DNA of 32,000 bases, taken from positions 870,001 through 902,000 of the forward strand of contig NC_000964.3 of assembly GCF_000009045.1 (NCBI RefSeq), written 5' to 3'. How positions within the stretch are numbered: the stretch's first letter is position 1; every line of letters begins with the position of its first letter. This document shows, in pieces, positions 25,626 to 32,000 of the stretch. Origin of the DNA: Bacillus subtilis subsp. subtilis str. 168. Its GTDB lineage: Bacteria; Bacillota; Bacilli; Bacillales; Bacillaceae. Made by a program: the position numbers and the translations under genes. Below the pieces are notes generated by a model. That model saw only the letters and a list, made by a program, of their open reading frames with translations. It was not told where the DNA came from and did not search any database.

Positions 25626-27433
25626 AAGACATCCGCAAGCCTTTCCAATATCCCAAACTGCCAATTGACAAAAAAGAAGGCGCGAAAAAGCGGGCGAAAG
25701 CAAAGGATACAAAGGGCACACTGAGACGAATCTGGTCTTACTTGGCTGAAAGAAAAGGACTGCTCATACTTGTCATGCTAATGGTTGTCATCAGCGCCAT
25801 ATTCGGACTCCTTGGTCCCTTTGTGATCGGAAAGGCCATCGACCATTTTATCGTCGGGAAAACGGTCAGCGGCTTGATTCCTGTTTTGCTTCTTCTGCTC
25901 GCTATCTATATCATTCAGTCCCTGTCGCTTTGGTTTCAAAACTATTGGATGATTACGATCTCGCAGGGCACGGTTTTCAGAATGAGAAGCGAATTGTTCA
26001 CCCATCTGCATGAGCTGCCGATTCCATTTTTTGATAAACAGCGGCACGGCGAGCTGATGAGCCGGGTGACGAATGACATCGAAAATGTCAGTTCTACCTT
26101 AAACACGTCAGTCATTCAAATTTTGTCAAGTGTGATCACCTTTGTCGGGACGATTGCGGTGATGCTGTACATGAGCCCGCTCCTTACTTTGATTACGCTG
26201 ACCATTATTCCGGTGATGGCAGCGAGCCTGAAATGGATCACCAACCGAACGGGAAAGCTGTTTAAAGAACAGCAGAAAAACCTTGGTGATCTGAATGGGT
26301 ATATTGAGGAATCTGTTTCAGGCGCAAAGGTCATCAAAGCATATTCACGTGAGAAGCAGATTACTGCTGAATTCCTCGAAAAAAACGCTGCACTCAAGAC
26401 GTCGGGCTTTTGGGCGCAGACGATTTCCGGGTTTATTCCGAAGGTCATGAACTCTTTGAATAACTTAAGCTTTACAATGATTGCGGCAATCGGCGGTTTG
26501 TTTGCGCTGAAAGGCTGGATCTCGATCGGCTCCATCGTTGTCTTTGCCGAGTATTCAAGACAATTTACACGCCCTTTAAACGATCTGGCCAACCAGTTTA
26601 ATACGATGCTGTCCGCAATCGCCGGCGCTGAACGGGTGTTTGACGTGCTTGATGAAAAAGAAGAGCGCGAGGATGAAAAGAACGCCGTGCATCAGCCCAT
26701 CCAAACAGGCAGCATTGAATTCCGGGATGTGTCCTTCGGTTACGATAAAGGGCAGCAGACACTGAAGCATTTACAGTTTACCGTGCCTGCGGGGCAGTCC
26801 ATCGCGTTTGTAGGACCGACGGGGGCGGGGAAGACAACCGTCACTAACCTTCTCGCCCGTTTTTACGAGCCTAACGATGGAAAAATTTTAATCGATGGTA
26901 CAGATATTAAAACCCTTACTAGAGCAAGCCTAAGAAAAAACATGGGGTTTGTTCTTCAGGATTCTTTCTTATTTCAGGGAACGATCAGAGAAAACATTCG
27001 CTACGGCAGGCTTGATGCTTCTGATCAGGAAGTCGAAGCCGCTGCAAAAACAGCGAATGCCCATAGTTTTATTGAAAGGCTGCCAAAAGGGTATGACACC
27101 GTACTGACGCAAAACGGTTCGGGCATCAGTCAAGGGCAGAAGCAGTTGATTTCTATAGCGAGGGCGGTGCTTGCCGATCCGGTTCTTCTCATTTTGGATG
27201 AAGCGACAAGCAACATTGATACCGTTACAGAAGTCAACATTCAAGAAGCGCTCGCCCGTTTAATGGAAGGAAGAACAAGCGTCATCATTGCCCACAGGCT
27301 GAACACCATTCAAAGAGCGGACCAGATTGTGGTGCTAAAAAACGGTGAAATGATTGAAAAAGGCAGCCATGACGAGCTGATTCGGCAAAAAGGATTTTAC
27401 AGTGACTTATATGAAAGCCAATTTGAGAAATAG
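25619..27433 (+). CDS. yfiC: ABC exporter half-transporter (TMD-NBD) with a canonical catalytic site and a degenerate signature motif
   Basis: Walker A GPTGAGKTT, Walker B LLILDEATS and H-loop IIAHR are canonical. The signature is ISQGQ rather than LSGGQ. The start overlaps the yfiB stop by 7 nt. Confidence 0.88.
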   Translation: MLKDIRKPFQYPKLPIDKKEGAKKRAKAKDTKGTLRRIWSYLAERKGLLILVMLMVVISAIFGLLGPFVIGKAIDHFIVGKTVSGLIPVLLLLLAIYIIQSLSLWFQNYWMITISQGTVFRMRSELFTHLHELPIPFFDKQRHGELMSRVTNDIENVSSTLNTSVIQILSSVITFVGTIAVMLYMSPLLTLITLTIIPVMAASLKWITNRTGKLFKEQQKNLGDLNGYIEESVSGAKVIKAYSREKQITAEFLEKNAALKTSGFWAQTISGFIPKVMNSLNNLSFTMIAAIGGLFALKGWISIGSIVVFAEYSRQFTRPLNDLANQFNTMLSAIAGAERVFDVLDEKEEREDEKNAVHQPIQTGSIEFRDVSFGYDKGQQTLKHLQFTVPAGQSIAFVGPTGAGKTTVTNLLARFYEPNDGKILIDGTDIKTLTRASLRKNMGFVLQDSFLFQGTIRENIRYGRLDASDQEVEAAAKTANAHSFIERLPKGYDTVLTQNGSGISQGQKQLISIARAVLADPVLLILDEATSNIDTVTEVNIQEALARLMEGRTSVIIAHRLNTIQRADQIVVLKNGEMIEKGSHDELIRQKGFYSDLYESQFEK

Positions 27434-27463
27434 ACCTTTGTCCTGCACAGAGGTCTTTTTTTG
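27432..27463 (+). terminator. Rho-independent terminator after yfiC
   Basis: Arms agacctttg / cagaggtct (one mismatch), followed by ttttttt. Confidence 0.75.
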
Positions 27464-27515
27464 TTACAGTTTTATAGTACTTTTATTTCATTTTCGTAAA
27501 ATGTAACAAAATTAC

Positions 27516-27544
27516 TTGACGTAAACAAGTTATGTATATATACT
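27516..27544 (+). promoter_or_regulatory. Sigma-A promoter of catDE with operator-like inverted repeats
   Basis: TTGACG (27516-27521), 17-nt spacer, TATACT (27539-27544). The inverted repeat ACTTG-N7-CAAGT (27514-27530) overlaps the -35. A second repeat, CTTAC-N5-GTAAG (27546-27560), lies just downstream of the -10. Confidence 0.65.
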
Positions 27545-27587
27545 AGCTTACATTAAGTAAGTGATAACATTTATCAAGGAGGATAAA

Positions 27588-27992
27588 ATGAATAAATCAT
27601 TTGAAATTGGCACATTACTTTTAAGAGTTATTACAGGTATTATCTTTTTTGTTCACGGTTTATCAAAGTTTCAGGGAATGGAGGGCACCATCCAATTTTT
27701 CGGCAGCATAGGCCTTCCAAGCTTTATGGCGTATGTCATCGCAGCGATTGAACTGATTGGCGGAGTGCTTGTCTTCTTCGGATTGGCTACACGTATTGTC
27801 GGTGTACTGTTCGCTCTTACACTGATCGGCGCCATCATCACTGTTAAGCTGAAAGCGCCATTCATGGGCAATGCAGAATTTGATTACCTTCTGCTTTTGA
27901 CATCCATTCACCTGGCGCTTACTGGAAGTCGATTCCTGGCGCTGGACCCATTTGTGTTTAAAGGAAAAAAGAACGGAAACGTTTCAGCATAA
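27588..27992 (+). CDS. catD: DoxX-family membrane protein (134 aa)
   Basis: 4-TM DoxX-like sequence (LLLRVITGIIFFVHGLSKF...). SD AAGGAGG is 5 nt upstream of ATG 27588; the ORF-track start at 27561 precedes that SD. Older name yfiD. Confidence 0.85.
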   Translation: MNKSFEIGTLLLRVITGIIFFVHGLSKFQGMEGTIQFFGSIGLPSFMAYVIAAIELIGGVLVFFGLATRIVGVLFALTLIGAIITVKLKAPFMGNAEFDYLLLLTSIHLALTGSRFLALDPFVFKGKKNGNVSA

Positions 27993-28009
27993 GAAAAGAG
28001 GCATGCAGC

Positions 28010-28867
28010 ATGACCAGCATTCATGAGGATACACACATTGGCTATGCCAAACTCACAATTCGCAGTCTGGAGCGTTCGCTTCAGTTCTACTGTAACGTCA
28101 TCGGTTTTCAAGTCTTAAAAAAGACGGACCGCCAAGCGGAATTAACGGCTGACGGGAAACGCGTACTGCTTATTCTTGAAGAAAATCCGAGCGCTGTCGT
28201 CTTGCCTGAACGGTCTGTGACAGGCCTTTATCACTTTGCGATTCTTCTTCCGGACAGGAAAGAACTTGGGATCGCGCTCGCCCGCCTGATTGAACACGGC
28301 ATTGCTATCGGACATGGAGACCATGCTGTCAGCGAAGCGCTCTACCTGTCTGATCCTGACGGAAACGGCATTGAAATGTACGCTGACCGCCCCCGCAGCA
28401 CGTGGCAGCGTGATCGGGAAGGAAACTACGTCATGACGACAACCGCTGTTGACATTGAGGGCCTTCTGGAAGAGGCAGGAGATGAGCGGAAAACATCGCT
28501 TCCGAACGATACAATCATCGGACACATTCATCTGCATGTCAGTGATTTGAAAGAAGCAAAGGCGTTTTATACAGATGTACTGGGCTTTGACATTGTCGGA
28601 AACTATGCGGGCATGTCCGCCCTCTTCGTTTCAGCCGGGGGGTACCACCATCATATCGGCTTAAACATTTGGGCGGGAAGAAATGCGCCGCCTAAACCGA
28701 CAAATGCCAGCGGACTAGATTATTATACTGTTGTCCTGCCCCACCAAGAGGAGCTGGATTTGGTGGCAAACCGAGTCAAACATGCCGGGTATTCGATTGA
28801 AGAGACGGAAAACAGCTTTCGTGTGAAAGACCCTGTTTCCGGCGCCTATATTACATTTGTGATTTAA
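28010..28867 (+). CDS. catE: Catechol-2,3-dioxygenase (two-domain VOC / extradiol dioxygenase)
   Basis: Two tandem glyoxalase/bleomycin-resistance/dioxygenase (VOC) modules (GLYHFAILLP... and IGHIHLHVSDL...GYHHHIGLN). Recognised as YfiE/CatE. Confidence 0.85.
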   Translation: MTSIHEDTHIGYAKLTIRSLERSLQFYCNVIGFQVLKKTDRQAELTADGKRVLLILEENPSAVVLPERSVTGLYHFAILLPDRKELGIALARLIEHGIAIGHGDHAVSEALYLSDPDGNGIEMYADRPRSTWQRDREGNYVMTTTAVDIEGLLEEAGDERKTSLPNDTIIGHIHLHVSDLKEAKAFYTDVLGFDIVGNYAGMSALFVSAGGYHHHIGLNIWAGRNAPPKPTNASGLDYYTVVLPHQEELDLVANRVKHAGYSIEETENSFRVKDPVSGAYITFVI

Positions 28868-28872
28868 CTGCA

Positions 28873-28908
28873 ATCCCCTTGCCGAAATAACGGCAGGGGG
28901 ATTTTTTA
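28873..28908 (+). terminator. Rho-independent terminator after catE
   Basis: Arms atccccttgccg / cggcagggggat (one mismatch) with loop aaataa, followed by tttttt. Confidence 0.8.
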
Positions 28909-28960
28909 TTTTTGTCCGCCTTGTTATGATGAGAGAACCAACTTGTTAGGAGGCGTTTAC

Positions 28961-29905
28961 ATGGAACTCAACCACCTTGTGACGGGCAAAATAGCATTAA
29001 ATCAATATGTGCATCGCTTAGAGCAAAAGGATGTTTCATTTTACGTCCACTACTGGGGAGCGATGACGAACCACTATAACACACTGCTTCATAAGCATTC
29101 CTTTTATGAAATTTGTTACGTGGTAAGAGGTGAAGGATATTACCTTGAAGGCGATCGTACATATCCGCTTCGTGAACAGACGATTTTTTTGTCAAAGCCG
29201 GAGCATTTGCACCAAATCAAAAGTGAAACAGGGCTGTTCCTTTTTTACGTCGCTTTCGAGCTGAGCGAGGATCAGTCAAGCGCCGAATGGATCAAAGTGA
29301 TGGAAGAAGTGAAACAAAGCCCCTTTATCACAATGCAATTGAAAGATGGCGAACCGCCGGGCCTGCTTTGGAAAACGTTAATGCTGCAAGCAGCGCAACC
29401 TGTCAATGCTTTTGACAAAGAGATCCTATCTCATTTGTCGCATGCATTGATCCTGTCATTAATCCAAACCTTTCTCCCGTACGCCCAACGCCCGAAACAA
29501 AAGCAGCCCATTCACACATCTTCTGCTTTGCTGACAGAGGTGAAACTGCACATAAAAGACAATCTGTCACAGCCGTTAAAGCTGACGGATGTCGCTAGCC
29601 ACTTTCATATCTCAGGGAGGCATTTATCACGTTTATTTGCAGCAGAACTGGGCGTCAGCTACTCAGAATTTGTCCAAAATGAAAAAATAAACAAAGCTGC
29701 CGAACTGCTGAAATCAACGAATTTGTCGATTAAAGAAATAGCGGAAGAAATCGGTTTCTCAGTACATTATTTCACTCGCGTCTTTTCCGCTAAAATCGGC
29801 AGCTCTCCAGGGCTTTTCCGCTCCCTTTATAAAGACTCAAAAATGACCGCATTTCAAATCAATAAACCTTTTCAAAAAATCGAACAGGCCAAGCCGCACG
29901 AATAA
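28961..29905 (+). CDS. yfiF: AraC/XylS-family transcriptional regulator (cupin sensor + HTH_18)
   Basis: N-terminal cupin-like domain (HSFYEICYVVRGEGYY) and C-terminal AraC HTH (SIKEIAEEIGFSVHYFTRVFSAKIGSSP). SD TAGGAGG is 7 nt upstream of ATG 28961. Confidence 0.85.
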   Translation: MELNHLVTGKIALNQYVHRLEQKDVSFYVHYWGAMTNHYNTLLHKHSFYEICYVVRGEGYYLEGDRTYPLREQTIFLSKPEHLHQIKSETGLFLFYVAFELSEDQSSAEWIKVMEEVKQSPFITMQLKDGEPPGLLWKTLMLQAAQPVNAFDKEILSHLSHALILSLIQTFLPYAQRPKQKQPIHTSSALLTEVKLHIKDNLSQPLKLTDVASHFHISGRHLSRLFAAELGVSYSEFVQNEKINKAAELLKSTNLSIKEIAEEIGFSVHYFTRVFSAKIGSSPGLFRSLYKDSKMTAFQINKPFQKIEQAKPHE

Positions 29906-30079
29906 GATGTCCTGAAATGACAAAACAATGTCTTCATATGATAAAGACGCGAGAAATCTCGTTGTCTTATAATCTTTTTAGAAAGCGGTTACAACAAGGG
30001 GTATTGCTGAAGGAGGGATGCATTGGCTTATGCTTGGTGTCGGGTGCTCTGCCATTCTTGAAAGAAGGGGAAGAAAGCC

Positions 30080-31528
30080 GTGAGTACAAAAAAGAAAGAG
30101 GCTGTAATAGGAAAAGAAAGCTTAGCTCATAAAGGGCTTTTACGAACGATTACATTGGTATCTACATTCGGCGGCCTGTTGTTCGGTTATGATACGGGTG
30201 TCATTAATGGGGCACTTCCTTTTATGGCAACTGCAGGTCAGCTGAATCTTACACCTGTTACAGAAGGACTGGTTGCGAGTTCCCTGCTTCTCGGGGCAGC
30301 CTTCGGGGCGATGTTTGGAGGACGTCTGTCCGATCGGCACGGCCGCCGAAAAACGATCCTTTATTTAGCCTTACTCTTCATCGCAGCCACACTTGGCTGT
30401 ACCTTTTCACCAAACGCGTCCGTGATGATTGCCTTTCGTTTTCTGCTTGGACTGGCGGTTGGCTGCGCTTCTGTAACGGTTCCAACCTTTTTAGCGGAAA
30501 TTTCGCCGGCAGAACGCAGGGGACGAATCGTGACACAAAATGAACTGATGATCGTAATTGGCCAGCTTCTGGCATACACCTTTAACGCCATTATTGGCAG
30601 CACAATGGGGGAGAGCGCAAATGTATGGCGGTATATGCTGGTCATCGCGACACTTCCGGCTGTTGTGTTATGGTTCGGAATGCTCATCGTGCCTGAAAGC
30701 CCGCGCTGGCTGGCAGCTAAAGGCAGAATGGGTGACGCCCTGCGGGTGCTTCGGCAAATCCGTGAAGACAGTCAGGCACAGCAGGAAATAAAAGAAATCA
30801 AACATGCGATTGAGGGCACAGCAAAAAAGGCCGGCTTTCATGATTTTCAAGAGCCGTGGATAAGGCGCATTCTATTCATTGGGATTGGAATCGCCATCGT
30901 ACAGCAAATTACCGGTGTCAATTCGATTATGTACTATGGGACAGAAATTCTGAGAGAAGCCGGTTTTCAAACAGAAGCTGCATTAATCGGCAATATTGCA
31001 AACGGTGTTATTTCAGTTATTGCGGTCATTTTTGGGATATGGCTTCTCGGCAAAGTCCGTCGCCGGCCCATGCTGATCATCGGACAGATTGGCACGATGA
31101 CAGCCCTTCTGCTGATCGGGATTTTATCCATTGTCCTTGAAGGAACACCCGCCCTGCCGTATGTTGTGCTGAGTTTGACCATTTTGTTTCTTGCGTTTCA
31201 GCAGACTGCCATTTCTACGGTGACGTGGCTGATGCTCTCGGAAATCTTTCCTATGCATGTGCGGGGGCTTGGCATGGGGATCAGCACCTTCTGCTTGTGG
31301 ACAGCTAACTTTCTCATTGGATTCACCTTTCCCATTTTGCTCAATCATATTGGGATGTCGGCGACATTTTTTATCTTTGTCGCTATGAATATCCTAGCGA
31401 TTCTATTTGTGAAAAAATATGTGCCTGAGACAAAAGGGCGGTCACTTGAACAGCTTGAGCATTCCTTTCGCCAGTATGGCCGCCGCGCTGATCAGGAAAT
31501 CCAAAATCAAACAACTCACTTATCGTAA
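30080..31528 (+). CDS. yfiG: MFS sugar porter family transporter (12 TM, H+ symporter type)
   Basis: Sugar-porter signatures [19 protein letters not shown] and [15 protein letters not shown] start after the SD GAAGGGGA. Confidence 0.85.
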   Translation: MSTKKKEAVIGKESLAHKGLLRTITLVSTFGGLLFGYDTGVINGALPFMATAGQLNLTPVTEGLVASSLLLGAAFGAMFGGRLSDRHGRRKTILYLALLFIAATLGCTFSPNASVMIAFRFLLGLAVGCASVTVPTFLAEISPAERRGRIVTQNELMIVIGQLLAYTFNAIIGSTMGESANVWRYMLVIATLPAVVLWFGMLIVPESPRWLAAKGRMGDALRVLRQIREDSQAQQEIKEIKHAIEGTAKKAGFHDFQEPWIRRILFIGIGIAIVQQITGVNSIMYYGTEILREAGFQTEAALIGNIANGVISVIAVIFGIWLLGKVRRRPMLIIGQIGTMTALLLIGILSIVLEGTPALPYVVLSLTILFLAFQQTAISTVTWLMLSEIFPMHVRGLGMGISTFCLWTANFLIGFTFPILLNHIGMSATFFIFVAMNILAILFVKKYVPETKGRSLEQLEHSFRQYGRRADQEIQNQTTHLS

Positions 31529-31554
31529 CCTGAGATACCAGGAGGAATCTATCA

Positions 31555-32000
31555 ATGAAACTATCTTATGTAACAGACAGCCTAGGGCATTTGCCTTTTG
31601 AAGACATGCTCAATTTTGCCGCAAAGCTTGGGATCGATACACTTGAAATGACAACCGGGGGCTGGTCGCCGGCACCTCACTTGAATCTTGATGAATTGCT
31701 GCAAAGCAGCGAAAAAAGAAAAGAATTTTCACAAGCGCTGGAAAAGCGGAACATGACACTTTGCGCATTAAACTGCTCGGGGAACCCTTTAGATCCGGGT
31801 GAATTGGGCAAATCGCACAGAGACATAACTGACAAAACGATGGAGCTGGCTGGATTATTAGGCGTCAAAAAAGTGATCATGATGAGCGGTTTGCCAGCCG
31901 GCGGCCCGGACGACAAAGTGCCGAACTGGATCACATACACAGTAAGCTGGCCTCCCGTTTTAAAAGATATCCTCAACTATCAATGGGAAGACGTTGCGAT
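31555..32000 (+). CDS. yfiH: 5' part of a xylose-isomerase-like TIM-barrel protein (sugar phosphate isomerase/epimerase); runs off the window
   Basis: This ORF is not in the ORF track because it has no stop within the window. ATG 31555 is 7 nt after the SD AGGAGGAA and 26 nt after the yfiG stop. It translates as MKLSYVTDSLGHLPFEDMLNFAAKLGIDTLEMTTGGW... and stays open to position 32000. Confidence 0.75.
   Translation, partial: MKLSYVTDSLGHLPFEDMLNFAAKLGIDTLEMTTGGWSPAPHLNLDELLQSSEKRKEFSQALEKRNMTLCALNCSGNPLDPGELGKSHRDITDKTMELAGLLGVKKVIMMSGLPAGGPDDKVPNWITYTVSWPPVLKDILNYQWEDVA

Noticed and set aside
29917-30132. A 71-aa plus-strand ORF between yfiF and yfiG.
   Set aside because: It overlaps the yfiG start and SD in another frame, has no SD of its own, and covers the likely yfiG promoter and cre region.

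Overview
From protein content and gene order I recognise this window as a Bacillus subtilis 168-type chromosome segment, the pdaA to yfiH region. This is recognition from memory; I ran no search. Order of genes: pdaA 3' end, yfjR dehydrogenase (-), yfjQ CorA-type channel (-), yfjP AlkA-like glycosylase, yfjO/rlmCD rRNA methyltransferase, a visibly AT-rich segment with small ORFs and the Dus-family gene yfjN, yfjM, yfjL, the sigma-54-dependent acoABCL operon with its activator acoR, and sspH. Next is a compact six-gene minus-strand operon, yfjABCDEF. After it come glvA-glvR-glvC (maltose PTS), the heterodimeric ABC exporter yfiBC, catDE, the AraC-type yfiF, the sugar porter yfiG and the 5' end of yfiH. 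I saw no rRNA, tRNA, CRISPR array, transposase or integrase. The most interesting locus is yfjABCDEF (15.8-19.7 kb). It encodes a WXG100 protein coupled to a ~407-aa protein that has a WXG-like helical N-terminus and a glycine-zipper plus Lys-rich repeat C-terminus. These are followed by a cytosolic acidic protein, two tandem paralogous 2-TM proteins and a small UPF0060 membrane protein. It reads as an orphan type VII secretion (T7SSb) membrane-targeting toxin, immunity and chaperone module, far from any T7SS core genes. Secondary observations are: an AT-rich island bracketed by duplicated terminator-like repeats, an asymmetric (degenerate-site) ABC pair, and several regulatory sites (sigma-54 -24/-12 with upstream palindromes, cre boxes, operator-like inverted repeats). 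Many ORF-track starts are over-extended at the N-terminus and were re-set using Shine-Dalgarno spacing.
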